IMG/VR virus record: IMGVR_UViG_3300047160_010363
Span: 35,983 to 99,982 of that record
Length of the DNA: 64,000 nt
Origin: a virus
Reading direction: 5' to 3' (one strand)
Positions within the stretch are counted from its first letter, which is position 1; each line of letters opens with the position of its first letter. Below the pieces are notes generated by a model, which was not told the origin of the DNA, made no database searches, and saw only the letters and a program-made list of their open reading frames with translations. Below are positions 32,854 through 43,237 of the stretch, one piece after another. Position numbers and translations under genes: made by a program.

Positions 32854-35714
32854 CGCGTCCACCGCATCATAAACTCCTTCTGCGAGCTCACCCACGCGGG
32901 CAGGTCATCGGGCAGCTCAAGCTGCCACCCGTATCCCCCGCGACCAAACAAGTCTTCCCCTCGCTGTATCATCCCTTCCACGTCTACTGAGGCGAGCACA
33001 TCAGGAGTATTGTACTCCTGATGACTGAAAGATTGTATCTTACGCCTCACCCCCTCGTCATCAGTTAGGTTGCTAAAGTGCCATCCGGCATTTTCCATGA
33101 TGCGCGTCTTTTTATCAAGATTCTCAGCAGACAGACGGCCAAGATTCTGCAGATGATAGCGCAGACGGTCGGATGTCGAGTACTTAAACTGCCGTTTGGT
33201 CACCGCACAGTTCCACACGCGGTCAGCCTCAGATCCCTTAGTCGCGCGGTAATTCAGCATAAAGTAGTAGAACTTCAGCCGCAATCCAAACTCTTCGTGG
33301 CGCAAATCTTCCGCCATCTCGCGCACGACGCTGGCTCTGGGGATCTCATCTACGTCTGAGATCATCACCAAGTCGTCTGGTGCAGCGTCCGTTAAACCTT
33401 GCATGATGGCGTTACGCTGATGGCGCTCGCGTGCCCATGGATCGCCCTGATGCGGCATGTCGGTGACTTGAATGTAGATTATTCTGTCGAGCCCTACAGA
33501 GTCTCCAGTGATAGTTAATGGTTTATCTGATTTTTTGAGGCCACTAAATGTTGTGTCTGCCTCGATTATCACAAAGTGATCAACCTCGTCTTTTAACTCA
33601 TTGAGACGAATCGCAAGCACTTCCTCCTCGCCATTATAGAGAAAACAATCCCAGACCTTGCGCCGCAGTGCTGTTTGCAAGATCGTTGGCTCATCATAGT
33701 ATGTTTTGAAATCGGTAAACGTGTCACTTTTGATTGATTCTCTGAGGTTGTGATTTTTCACTAAAATTCGGCATCTATTTACTATAAAATCGTAATTTGT
33801 TCTCCAGAGCCTGACGGAGCTAAAGTCAATGGCTTCATCTGGGTTGACTTCGCACACTACTACCTTCTTGTTGGCCAGCAGGTAACTCACCCGCGCAGAC
33901 TCGAATGCGCCAGGTAGATAGTAATGCATGCACAACACGACCTTGGCCCGTGCAATAAACGCGTCACGCTCAGCGCCATAAACGCCAAACAAATGCTGAA
34001 CATTTAGACCTTCACCGCGTAGTTTATCCAATATCTTTTGGCGACGTTCGTTCAGTGCTCCATAAAACAGCACATCAATATCTTCTTCATCACTCGGTTC
34101 TATCCGCGTGAGTTCAGGCACGTAGCCAACCGGCACATAATGAACATGTCGGCCAACCTGTACGGAGAGTTGTCGAGCGTTGCTCTCGCTGTAATCCCAA
34201 ATTTTCCCATCGAATGATTTTAATAGTTCAAAGTATTCTTCGTCGGAATACGATGCGTGCTCTGTGTTGTATATGATGGCATTTGGAGGCCACTTGGTCG
34301 TCAGGTGGGCTCCCAGCAAAATTAACTGGCCACCCATGGTGCTCCAGTCTTGATCGTGCCGCAGTTCTACTGTGTAGTTGAGTGCCCGCAGGCCATACAG
34401 CACGGTCTCAGCCAGCTCAGCGTAGGCTCCGGAATGGACATAGCCAGGGATTTCTATGGCTACAACAGTGAAGTCAACTTCGCGTAAAATATCAACGCCA
34501 TCACTATCGTTGACAGCCACGTCATCTTCGCCCAACGTGTTCGCGATATCATGGCCATCAGTAGAGTTGCTAACAAGTGAAGATACGATACCAGAAATAT
34601 TATCATCATCCAACCTATCCTTAGCAAATCTAACGTTATCTGCAATGCGCTGACGATGTTCCTTAGGGGCCGGTAGCAACGCACGCTCGGCAGCTTCCAG
34701 CGATTCGCGATAATGCTCGGACCAATATGCCGCTACAGCAAAGTTGTCGAGCATCGACCATTTATACACATCTGGCTCCGCAAACAGCTTTGCCGTTGTG
34801 GGCTCGGTTAGTGTGATCCCGTGCTTTCCCACCATGTATCCCTGGTGGTGTCGTCCGGTGCGGTGGCACCAGTTGACAAACGAGTTAAGTGCTTCGGCGC
34901 GGGTGGGGTCCGCCTCAAATGCGCGCATGTACGTTCCGGTTACGTCTTTATCCCAGCCCTCTAAGCTCTCCATCAGCTGCGCAGCGCGCCATAGGCTGAT
35001 GTACACTTCGCCTTCCCAACCCCCCATGGCGGCACGCTCAAGATAGCACGAGAGAGCGCGGCGCGGCATACCTCCATCTTTGAGACTCTGCGCTAGATAA
35101 AACATATAGCGCTGTCGCATCATCTGGTTAGTTTCTTTTCCCAGGGTCCTCGTGAGTAAGTTAGCGTCGTCTAGGTATTTTGATGGGTTACGAGATCGCA
35201 CACCTTCGGTGCCCGCCCGCAAGCGGAAACCACGTGCTGTGGCTCGCGTGTGAATGGGTGGCCCCTCGACGAACTCGTGTATGACACCACGGTAGCAGAA
35301 CTCCTTGTGGTTACTGAGCAGGTGTGGCCGCCAGTGGCGCATCGATCCGTGCTCGACTTCAACGTCGTACATGTCAGCTTCGAGCGATTCCTTAAATGCG
35401 ATTGGATCAAAGTCTTGGTCAAAGACAAGCTGATCGTCTGCGTCCAGCACAAGAGCATAGTCGATGTCAGGTTGTTCACGCAATGCGGCGAGCGCCATTG
35501 ATCTGTTGGTGCCGAAGTCCAGCCAAGAGTGTTGGCGTACTGAACCTTGCCACCGACAACGTGGTACCCACTGGTGTACTATATCCTGCGTGCCGTCGGT
35601 AGATCCCGTGTCACACACCAGCACGTAGTCGATGATGGGAAGGCACGATTCGAGGCAGCGAGTGATCATCTCTGCCTCATCGCGCACTATCATGCATAAA
35701 CCGATGGTCTTCAC
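32850..35714 (-). CDS. Three-domain glycosyltransferase: GT2+TPR / GT-B-like / GT17-like
   Basis: GT2: IGLCMIVRDE..CDTGSTDGT..LVLDADD..GVIHE plus TPR helices; middle: IIYNTE..IWDYS..VGY..DIDVLFYG..RR..FESARVSYLL; C-terminal: DCFLYN.E..IRL.EL..ISDVDEIP..GWHFS..SFSHQE; GTG start after GGAGG. Confidence 0.88.
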   Translation of the reverse strand: MKTIGLCMIVRDEAEMITRCLESCLPIIDYVLVCDTGSTDGTQDIVHQWVPRCRWQGSVRQHSWLDFGTNRSMALAALREQPDIDYALVLDADDQLVFDQDFDPIAFKESLEADMYDVEVEHGSMRHWRPHLLSNHKEFCYRGVIHEFVEGPPIHTRATARGFRLRAGTEGVRSRNPSKYLDDANLLTRTLGKETNQMMRQRYMFYLAQSLKDGGMPRRALSCYLERAAMGGWEGEVYISLWRAAQLMESLEGWDKDVTGTYMRAFEADPTRAEALNSFVNWCHRTGRHHQGYMVGKHGITLTEPTTAKLFAEPDVYKWSMLDNFAVAAYWSEHYRESLEAAERALLPAPKEHRQRIADNVRFAKDRLDDDNISGIVSSLVSNSTDGHDIANTLGEDDVAVNDSDGVDILREVDFTVVAIEIPGYVHSGAYAELAETVLYGLRALNYTVELRHDQDWSTMGGQLILLGAHLTTKWPPNAIIYNTEHASYSDEEYFELLKSFDGKIWDYSESNARQLSVQVGRHVHYVPVGYVPELTRIEPSDEEDIDVLFYGALNERRQKILDKLRGEGLNVQHLFGVYGAERDAFIARAKVVLCMHYYLPGAFESARVSYLLANKKVVVCEVNPDEAIDFSSVRLWRTNYDFIVNRCRILVKNHNLRESIKSDTFTDFKTYYDEPTILQTALRRKVWDCFLYNGEEEVLAIRLNELKDEVDHFVIIEADTTFSGLKKSDKPLTITGDSVGLDRIIYIQVTDMPHQGDPWARERHQRNAIMQGLTDAAPDDLVMISDVDEIPRASVVREMAEDLRHEEFGLRLKFYYFMLNYRATKGSEADRVWNCAVTKRQFKYSTSDRLRYHLQNLGRLSAENLDKKTRIMENAGWHFSNLTDDEGVRRKIQSFSHQEYNTPDVLASVDVEGMIQRGEDLFGRGGYGWQLELPDDLPAWVSSQKEFMMRWTR

Positions 35715-35839
35715 GACGCAAACCTCCCAATGAACCACAGAACGAGTAGTAAGATAGCAGTCACGTAGACAAACGATCTGAAAGCAGGTGCCAGTGCAAC
35801 ACCAAATGCGACGGCAAAAACGAGAAAGAGAAAATCCAT
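35711..35839 (-). CDS. Small membrane protein (42 aa)
   Basis: Manual translation MDFLFLVFAVAFG..; GTGA overlap with the glycosyltransferase start. Confidence 0.45.
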   Translation of the reverse strand: MDFLFLVFAVAFGVALAPAFRSFVYVTAILLLVLWFIGRFAS

Positions 35840-36019
35840 TTATCTACCTAGTGGTGGACAATCACACTCGTGCATTTGACGACCACATTCTGGACATGGC
35901 AAAAACCACTCTTCTACATCGTCATATAATCCACAACATTCTGGACATTCTTGTGTCCATGGTACTCCGTGATTGCAACCATCTTCTGGTATTTTAGGGC
36001 TGGGTCTGTAACGTGACAT
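35840..36019 (-). CDS. Small Zn-finger protein (59 aa)
   Basis: Manual translation with CNHG..CPEC..CPEC..CDC. Confidence 0.5.
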   Translation of the reverse strand: MSRYRPSPKIPEDGCNHGVPWTQECPECCGLYDDVEEWFLPCPECGRQMHECDCPPLGR

Positions 36020-36227
36020 GATGGTTTTATTCCAGTTTAAAACTCACGCATAATTTCGTCTAAAGGGCTGGTCGCCCAACTCCAGATCGAGCACGCACTG
36101 CGCGCAGCCACGCGCCGGAGTATTTGATATTAGAATCGTTTAAAACGGGAGACCCAACCCTACTCAATTGTCGTTGACGACGCGTCGCCATTTCAGAACG
36201 ATGAACAACCTTGTTTTTCATCTTACA

Positions 36228-37040
36228 TTAAACCCCCATCTGTGCCAACTCAAACTGATGCACCGCATTGTATACATTCCCCTCGTCAAATTCTGGCGAC
36301 TGTCGACCAATAAGTAGTGCTTTATCGAGTACTGAAACCGCAGCTTCCCACACAGCAGCACGATCAGCAGTATCAACAGCACAAGCAACAGCATCAACAG
36401 CAGCAACAGCATCAGCAACAGCATCAGCAGCAGCATCAACAGCATCAGCAGCATCAGCAGCATAAGCAGCAGCAGCATCAGCAGCAGCATTAACAGCATC
36501 AGCAGCATAAGCAGCAGCATCAACAGCACGATCAGCAGCACGAGCAGCACGAGCAGCACGCGCAGCAGCATCAGCAGCAGCACAAGCAGCAGCACAAGCA
36601 GCACGAGCAGCATCAGCAGCAGCAGCATAAGAAGCAGTACAAGCAGCACGAGCTGCTGCAGCAATTTGTGAGTAGTCTGCGTTATCATGTAATCCACGCA
36701 AACTATCGAACTCAGGTAATCTAGATGCTAGCGAAACAACGCATCGTGCTGTTTCGAGCACTATAGTATGCAAACGTGCCGCTTCTGCTGCAGGATCACG
36801 ATTCCCCACGACGCGCAGGATATAAGGCTTTAAGAGGTGACGAATAGAATCCGGCATCGTATCATTCAAGCTGATTGCATAACTGCGTATTACAGGGCAT
36901 GAGCACGGTGGATTGTCGCCGATACGACCGTAGACCAACCACATGCCAGCGTCGAACAGACATGCACCATTTCGTGGATGATCAGTAGCTCCTTTACGGA
37001 GAGGATACTTCCAAATATCAGCTATATTCATCACATCCAT
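36228..37040 (-). CDS. Ala-rich phage protein
   Basis: GACLFDA..DNPPCSCPVI..LND N-terminal motif, then an Ala/Asp low-complexity tract; GGAG RBS. Confidence 0.7.
   Translation of the reverse strand: MDVMNIADIWKYPLRKGATDHPRNGACLFDAGMWLVYGRIGDNPPCSCPVIRSYAISLNDTMPDSIRHLLKPYILRVVGNRDPAAEAARLHTIVLETARCVVSLASRLPEFDSLRGLHDNADYSQIAAAARAACTASYAAAADAARAACAAACAAADAAARAARAARAADRAVDAAAYAADAVNAAADAAAAYAADAADAVDAAADAVADAVAAVDAVACAVDTADRAAVWEAAVSVLDKALLIGRQSPEFDEGNVYNAVHQFELAQMGV
36352..36663. repeat. GCA-rich microsatellite-like tract encoding poly-Ala
   Basis: (cagcag/cagcat/cacgag)n. Confidence 0.85.
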
Positions 37041-37095
37041 AATAGTATTGCTCCAAAAGGAATTGCTGCAGCGAGCGCGATACTGAACCAACGCT

Positions 37096-37385
37096 TCATT
37101 TCGCTTTTTCCTCCTTTAGCATTTGGCGAACTTTAGTTAAATGCTCTTCGCTCTGCGGCACTCCACCAGCATTCACGTCGAGGAAAATCTCCAACAAATC
37201 GGTCCGCGAAAGGTTTTCGCCGTCGAGTTCTGAAAACTGAATAGTACGACGCTCGAAAAAACTACGATCGCGACGATTGAGTTGGTGCCAATATACAGGA
37301 TCATCATTCTCCGGACGATACGGAAAGCGACTTTGAGTGAAGTCCTTCAACGTCTGAATTCGTTGCTTACCATCTAAGATTTCAG
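37096..37385 (-). pseudogene. DUF262/ParB-like gene remnant (C-terminal half only)
   Basis: EILDGKQRIQTLKDF..EIFLDVNAGGVP present; no N-terminal P.YQR motif or credible start. Confidence 0.55.
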
Positions 37386-37750
37386 GTTGACCTCCTGCTC
37401 GTGCTCCCAGTCCTGTCGCGCCGCACGCGATGGCATTAAGTCTGGCCTGAGTATCCCCACTGTGGGCCATTCTAACCCTTTGCTCTTGTGGACCGTTGCC
37501 AACGTCAATACACCATTGCCCTTGTCCTCGAACAACGTAGGAATGCGGCGCTCCAGCGCCGGCACGGTACGATCTGTCTCTGGAAGCGCTCTCACGCACA
37601 CCAGCACGCACTCCACGCGGTCGGCGACGGCCTCGGCCGCAGTCTCTTCCCCCTTTGCCGTGAACCGGGCAACTTCACGGTCACGATACGATTCAATCTT
37701 CGTAACCAGGCGATCGACGCCTTTGGCTTTCTGTGCACGGATGAGGCGAC
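37374..37750 (-). pseudogene. UvrD-like helicase C-terminal fragment
   Basis: LATVHKSKGLEWPTV..QEVNL, then a stop before the expected YVA.TRA; no motor domain. Confidence 0.6.
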
Positions 37751-38073
37751 AAGAATGAGCATACCTCATGTTTCAGGGAAAGTAAACGGAAAAATCGCCC
37801 TCGATCAAAATTTTTTTGAGGCGCTTCGGCTGCCCCCAGCACCACGAGGGAAGCCAAGATGATGAGCGCGATCTTAACGACGGTCATTGGGTGCCTCTCC
37901 TGGCATGCGAGGATACGGTGGTCCGCGGACAATTACCGCCGCATATCGTCCAATGGCATGGCCGCGCCGCAGACGCTCACGCCACGTCGGTGTTGATTTA
38001 TCGGCCAGCTGTAGACGTACTTGGCGCACATATGCGATAAGAGCACGACCCTCTCGGCAAGTTTTACGCGTCG

Positions 38074-38523
38074 TTAACCACTTGGAAAAGTGTAGCCATG
38101 CGTTTCCCAATACCGTATCAAAGGCGCAGCTCCACATCGTTCCATCTCCATCATTTTAGGCCTGCTCACACCGAGCACACCTTCGACAGCGCGCAGGCCA
38201 CCACCTGAGCGCCGCCTGGCAATTGTGCAAAGCTCTCCTGCGGTAGGTGGGCCCATCGCCACCAACCTAGCGCGTACCGCCGCTCGTTCTTCTGACGACA
38301 GCAATGCATCCCCTATTTCCAACTGTGCGTACACAGTTTCGGTTAAGCCCAAAATCTCAGCAGCCTCAGCACGGGTCATGCGACGCCCATCACGTAGCAC
38401 AGTCGATTGACGGGTGGGCTTTCTACGACTCAACTGTGAAAGCTGCCTGTGACGCCAAATCCACAGCTTTTCTGCTTGTGTCAACTTTTCCAGGTCGCGG
38501 TCAGTAAACTGTTCTATAGTCAT
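38074..38523 (-). CDS. Tandem XRE-like HTH protein
   Basis: MTRAEAAEILGL...YAQLE.G and RRRSG..L..V...LGVS....MERG. Confidence 0.6.
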   Translation of the reverse strand: MTIEQFTDRDLEKLTQAEKLWIWRHRQLSQLSRRKPTRQSTVLRDGRRMTRAEAAEILGLTETVYAQLEIGDALLSSEERAAVRARLVAMGPPTAGELCTIARRRSGGGLRAVEGVLGVSRPKMMEMERCGAAPLIRYWETHGYTFPSG

Positions 38524-38945
38524 AGGCAATACGGCCGCCGTCCGGTTATGCATGAAAGAATCTCTTTGGTGGGGAACCTCCCACTTATTGCGATCAGTGG
38601 ATCGTTGGACACATGGTCGAACCACAGTCGCGCCCCAGGCGCGTCGTAGAGCACCCACCGTGCTGGTTTACTCATTACCAAGCCAAAAAGATGCCACTGT
38701 CCTCCCGCTGCAACTTCATCTTCACCCCACATTAGCTGGTCTAATGTGAAGTGAGTCGGTGGATTCCCATTTGCTGGTATCAACTTGGATTCTATCCAGC
38801 CACTCATGTCGTGCAGTCGACTGCGCCAATAGTGGTCAGGAAGACCTTTCTCGGTTATGGCGTGACCCTCGCTGAGCGCAATCAGGCGTAGGTATGGACT
38901 GAGATGTCTCCTTAGCCGCGCCCGTACTTGACTTGCTTCAGTCAT
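38520..38945 (-). CDS. PD-(D/E)xK nuclease (VRR-NUC/resolvase-like)
   Basis: GLPDH..GWIESK..FT..Q..W....AGG. Confidence 0.7.
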   Translation of the reverse strand: MTEASQVRARLRRHLSPYLRLIALSEGHAITEKGLPDHYWRSRLHDMSGWIESKLIPANGNPPTHFTLDQLMWGEDEVAAGGQWHLFGLVMSKPARWVLYDAPGARLWFDHVSNDPLIAISGRFPTKEILSCITGRRPYCL

Positions 38946-39130
38946 TTTACATACTCTGAAATCTCATTATAGCACCGTTCGAGTTCAATTACCTCTTCTT
39001 CTACACTATAAACTGTTTCTGAAGACAGCATGTGTTTCGTAGCTATCGCCGATGCAATAGCAGTTACAGTAAACGCGCCCGGTCGTCCTGAAGCCAAAAA
39101 CGCACGATATATTTGCTCAATCTTGGTCAT
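38942..39130 (-). CDS. Hypothetical protein
   Basis: ATGA-coupled. Confidence 0.45.
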   Translation of the reverse strand: MTKIEQIYRAFLASGRPGAFTVTAIASAIATKHMLSSETVYSVEEEVIELERCYNEISEYVK

Positions 39131-39198
39131 GATTTGCTTCTTCTCAATCCCGTTCCACTGCGTCCCAATACGGAGCTAGCGTTTTCAATATGTGTTTG

Positions 39199-39633
39199 TC
39201 ACTTTACCCTTCCTCCCTCGTGACGATCAGCCCAACGGTTTGCAGCATTACGAATGACCTCTTTCTGGCGTTCGGTCATTCGTCCATACTCTTTCCATTT
39301 ATCGTAAATATCGTTGATTCTGTCTAGAAACGTGCCAGACGCACCACGTACTGCGTCATCAAATAACTGTTCCCACTCTTCGTCTTCTTCTATCTGGATT
39401 CGTCTTGGTGGTTTGTTGCTGTCATCCAGCGCCATCACAGGATCTACCACACGAATCACTTTGTCCAGAGCCTGAGCCCAGGTGTGCCCGTGGTTCGCAA
39501 TCAGCAATGTCGCTCTCCTGAAGCACTGCAATGCTTCGGCTTGAGCGTTAGGGTCCATGGCCGAAGACGCCCCACGCATCATAATATCTTTCAGCTGCTT
39601 AAACTCGGCGCTTGTCATCGGCATTTGGGGCAC
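39199..39633 (-). CDS. Hypothetical protein
   Basis: 144 aa ORF; C-terminal FL..I......YG.MTERQ motif. Confidence 0.55.
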   Translation of the reverse strand: MPQMPMTSAEFKQLKDIMMRGASSAMDPNAQAEALQCFRRATLLIANHGHTWAQALDKVIRVVDPVMALDDSNKPPRRIQIEEDEEWEQLFDDAVRGASGTFLDRINDIYDKWKEYGRMTERQKEVIRNAANRWADRHEGGRVK

Positions 39634-39769
39634 TCTTCTTCAGTCTAAATACCAAGAGGATAGAACTAACAAACAGGATCTGTGTCGATTGCGTTCTGTC
39701 ATGACGCCATCCACAGTAGTATTGCCCCAACGGGCACTGCTGCGGCTAGTGCTATGTTAAACCAACGTT

Positions 39770-39964
39770 TCACGGTCTTTCCCAATCACAAGGGATATTC
39801 AATAGCGGATCACCGCCACATAATCGAATAAGTGATTCTATCATTCTGCGAGCATATTTATGATTATCAGTTTCACTATTGTTATCGATCCAGCGTAAAA
39901 TCCCGTAAGCACTAGGTTCGACACCCATTCTACGAAAATAATCAATATCATCAGACTGTTTCAT
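39770..39964 (-). CDS. Hypothetical protein
   Basis: ATGA-coupled. Confidence 0.45.
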   Translation of the reverse strand: MKQSDDIDYFRRMGVEPSAYGILRWIDNNSETDNHKYARRMIESLIRLCGGDPLLNIPCDWERP

Positions 39965-40182
39965 TTATTCTCATCCTCTATAACCTTGTCCATTGTTCTG
40001 TGACCAGGGAACGGGAATGTTTTGTACACCGGGACGGGGAAATCCACCACCACTTCACCATATTCTCTTAAGAGAGGCACGTATTCAACTGCCTTGCGAA
40101 CTGCGTTACGTGATTTATTATTTCTGGCCATCAAGCACGCTTCGTAAAGCAATACCAGCGCAGCACTTTCACGAATGGTCAT
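39961..40182 (-). CDS. Hypothetical protein
   Basis: TAATG overlap with the RNR stop. Confidence 0.45.
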   Translation of the reverse strand: MTIRESAALVLLYEACLMARNNKSRNAVRKAVEYVPLLREYGEVVVDFPVPVYKTFPFPGHRTMDKVIEDENK

Positions 40183-43097
40183 TATCCACATCCTGTGCGG
40201 GCACCACACTCGACGCATGTAAGACAACTACCATCACGTCGTAATGTACCATATCCGTTGCATTCCCAACATATATCAGAAACCATAAGCATGTTAGGTG
40301 CTGAGTGGGTGGACATTATTGGAGCAATTTGCGCCGCCACCAAAGCTATATTTTGAACGCTCTCGCTTTTGGGTACTGTAGCCAGATCATCGCGATTTAG
40401 GTATTCAATCGCCAAGTGACGCATAATAAGATCTGGCAGTGACGAGCAGAATCGCACCCTAGTGTCGCCATTCACCATCCCAGCTGGCTCAAACTGCGTG
40501 TGGGCGAATGCATGCACGAACACATCCAACGGCACGCCATACTGGAGTGCTATACTGATGGCCTTGCTGAAGCACTCCATCATGCTTCTGACTGTGGATC
40601 CCTCCTTGGATATACTCACAAAAATTTCACCCAGTGAGCCATCCTCATGGTCACCAGTGCTCAGATAAACAGACTGACCAGCGCACTCCAGCTGCCATCG
40701 CGACGCTCTAGGTCGAAGAGATGGCAGCTCACGCCTGACGCCACGCTTTAAATCTACTGCGTCATCCGCTGCGGTTGATAATGTAGCGTCTGCGCTTGAT
40801 AGCAGCCCCAAATTGGACATCGCACTTGTCGATAGCGGCTGACTGAGTTTACTTCCATCGCGGTATACAGAAATGGATTTGAGGCCGAGTTTGTGGGCCT
40901 CACGATAAATATGATCTACATCCTCTACTGTAGCGTCATGCGGCAAATTTACAGTCTTACTGACGCCGCCACTGAGGAACGGTTGCACTGCCGCCACCAT
41001 TTTTACATGCGCCATCGGAGATAAGCATGGACCGCCTAGCATGGATGGCATTGCGCAGTCTTCGTCGGTTATATCGTTAGAAAAAAAGCTCATCATGCCG
41101 CCGCCAGCTAGGTTCTTGAATGATTGACGTGAATAGAATGGCTCTATGCCGGTGGTTTCACAGTCCATCACCAGCGCAATGGTTCCGGTTGGAGCCAACA
41201 GTGTCACCTGGGCGTTGCGGAAAGATGCAGTACTTTTCAAGACCTCATTCCAAACCTTGTCGACTGAGTGCCAAAGGCTTCCGTCACGTGGATTGGTCTC
41301 TGTCAAGGGACGAGCCGAAAACGGAAGCACGTTGAGGTCAACATATTTATCAGCACGCATTTCCCTACGTGAGGCAAACGCATGATTAAACAAAACATGA
41401 TGCATTTTAACCCGATTTGACTCAAATCTTGGAAATGATCCAAGTTCATCAGCCATTTCAGCCGATGCACGGTACGCAACACCAGTCATCAACGCTGTAA
41501 CACCAGCAGCCAACGCACGACCATCATCGCTGTCGTAACGTAGATCCATTTTGGCCAATAGACCACCAAGATTGGCGTAGCCTAAGCCAAGAGTGCGATA
41601 GTCACGAGTGCCCACAGCAAACTCACGTGCGGGAAAACCAGCATTGCCAGCACTGAGGTCTAAAACTACAGTCCACATACGCGCCGCATACTCAAAAGTT
41701 TTGCAGTTGAAAGTATCACTGTATATAAATTTACAAAGATTTAATGACGCTAAATCACAAGCAGAACCGTCAAGAAAATGGAATTCCGCGCATGGATTCG
41801 TGGTTCTTATTTCCCCGTCATTCGGGCATGTGTGCCACGCATTGATAGTTGAGTGGAACAGCAAACCTGGATCAGCGCTCGCCCATGCAGCGCGGCAGAG
41901 CCTGTGCCACAGGTCGCTTGCAACCACCTCTTTGGCAACTTCACCATCTGTTCTATTAGTAAACAACCATGGTTCACCGGTCTTAAGGTGATCGATGAAC
42001 TCGTCTTTCGTTCTCACTGAATTGTTGCTATTTTGCCCATCAACAGATGATATCGCCTCTCCCTCCCAGTCTATACCCAAAACTTCAGGTTCAAAGCCAT
42101 TCGCCATGCGATCAATGATCGCTTCTGGAACAGCAATGAACGGATCACGTCGAGCATCTCCGATATCCGTATAGTAATTTCTTAGCAACTGGCTGCCAAC
42201 ATACATCGCAGCAGCCTTATACTCTTCACGAACTTTCCAATCTATAAACTCTTCCATTTCAGGATGATCGATATCCATCGCCACCATCTTGGCGGCTCTT
42301 CGTGTGACGCCTCCTGATTGTATGGCTCCCGCAGCACTATCTCCAATTCGTAAAAAAGACATTGCGCCAGATGCGCGGCCGCCTCCAGAAAGAGATTCGT
42401 CCTTTCCGCGCCACTGACTCACATTGATGCCAGACCCAGATCCCTGCTTAAATATACGCGCCTCACGGACCCAGGTGTCCATGATTCCACCTGGGTTTAC
42501 CAGATCGTCATCTGTGGACGTCAGGAAGCACGCATGGACCTGCGGGTACTGGTACGAGTTGCCAGGCTGAAATGGCTCACCGTTTTCACCGATGGCCCAG
42601 TTGCCGCAGTCCGGCCCCTCTATGCCATAGGCCCACCAGAGACCAGTGTTGAACCACTGCGGGGAGTTCGGAGCTGCAAACTGGTTAGCCAGCATCCAGT
42701 ATAGTTCGTCGTAGAACACTAAGGCGCTTAGCTCACTATCAAAGTATTTATTTTTCCACCCCCAGTAAGTCCAGCATCCCGCCATGCGGTGAAATACTTG
42801 TTTTGCAGATGTTTCACCACTGAACGTCGTGTTGCCGGGAAATGACGCGACTGACCGATAAAGCCAAATTGGTAGTATGTCTTCATTTTCTGGCATATAC
42901 ATTACATTAGACGGTACACCGGCCTTGCGCAGGTACTTTTGGGCTAGTATGTTAGTCGCGTTCTGCGACCATGAACGCGGTACTTCCACTGCTGGCATGT
43001 AGAAGTTAGCGCCGGGAATCGACGCTTCTCGCGTCTCCCACTCAATTTGATCTACAATCGAAACGTTAGCTTGAGTAAAGCATCGTTCAAATTTCAT
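40182..43097 (-). CDS. nrdJ: Class II (AdoCbl-dependent) ribonucleotide reductase
   Basis: PNSPQWFNTG, PQVHACF, FKQGSGSG, RRAAKM, NPCAEF, GLGYANLG, APTGTI, SKTVNLP, YRDGSK; TSCPD-like domain and C-terminal Cys cluster. Confidence 0.95.
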   Translation of the reverse strand: MKFERCFTQANVSIVDQIEWETREASIPGANFYMPAVEVPRSWSQNATNILAQKYLRKAGVPSNVMYMPENEDILPIWLYRSVASFPGNTTFSGETSAKQVFHRMAGCWTYWGWKNKYFDSELSALVFYDELYWMLANQFAAPNSPQWFNTGLWWAYGIEGPDCGNWAIGENGEPFQPGNSYQYPQVHACFLTSTDDDLVNPGGIMDTWVREARIFKQGSGSGINVSQWRGKDESLSGGGRASGAMSFLRIGDSAAGAIQSGGVTRRAAKMVAMDIDHPEMEEFIDWKVREEYKAAAMYVGSQLLRNYYTDIGDARRDPFIAVPEAIIDRMANGFEPEVLGIDWEGEAISSVDGQNSNNSVRTKDEFIDHLKTGEPWLFTNRTDGEVAKEVVASDLWHRLCRAAWASADPGLLFHSTINAWHTCPNDGEIRTTNPCAEFHFLDGSACDLASLNLCKFIYSDTFNCKTFEYAARMWTVVLDLSAGNAGFPAREFAVGTRDYRTLGLGYANLGGLLAKMDLRYDSDDGRALAAGVTALMTGVAYRASAEMADELGSFPRFESNRVKMHHVLFNHAFASRREMRADKYVDLNVLPFSARPLTETNPRDGSLWHSVDKVWNEVLKSTASFRNAQVTLLAPTGTIALVMDCETTGIEPFYSRQSFKNLAGGGMMSFFSNDITDEDCAMPSMLGGPCLSPMAHVKMVAAVQPFLSGGVSKTVNLPHDATVEDVDHIYREAHKLGLKSISVYRDGSKLSQPLSTSAMSNLGLLSSADATLSTAADDAVDLKRGVRRELPSLRPRASRWQLECAGQSVYLSTGDHEDGSLGEIFVSISKEGSTVRSMMECFSKAISIALQYGVPLDVFVHAFAHTQFEPAGMVNGDTRVRFCSSLPDLIMRHLAIEYLNRDDLATVPKSESVQNIALVAAQIAPIMSTHSAPNMLMVSDICWECNGYGTLRRDGSCLTCVECGARTGCG

Positions 43098-43237
43098 GAT
43101 TTTTACCTCACGGTTGTAGTGTTATTCTATAGGTAGACACGCCAGAAAAGAACAGTGGCGTTCTCTGCCCGTCGCATCGCGCGTGACAACACTGCACGGC
43201 GACGCCACCAATAGCCCAATGGATGCTTCATGATTTA

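Noticed and set aside
32850-35714. Glycosyltransferase as the DNA-modifying enzyme for 5hmdU
   Set aside because: It lies about 10 kb from the modification operon and its GT2-TPR/GT17 architecture points to protein or glycan acceptors; disfavoured but not excluded.
35886-35950. CATTCTGGACAT repeats suggesting iterons
   Set aside because: They encode the two CPEC motifs of a small - strand Zn-finger ORF.
36218-36697. Poly-Leu/Met ORFs (also 63805-63993)
   Set aside because: Alternative frames of the Ala-rich genes' GCT tracts.
37096-37611. 171 aa ORF as an intact DUF262 protein
   Set aside because: Its N-terminal half is the out-of-frame UvrD remnant; DUF262-like sequence begins only at EILDGKQR.
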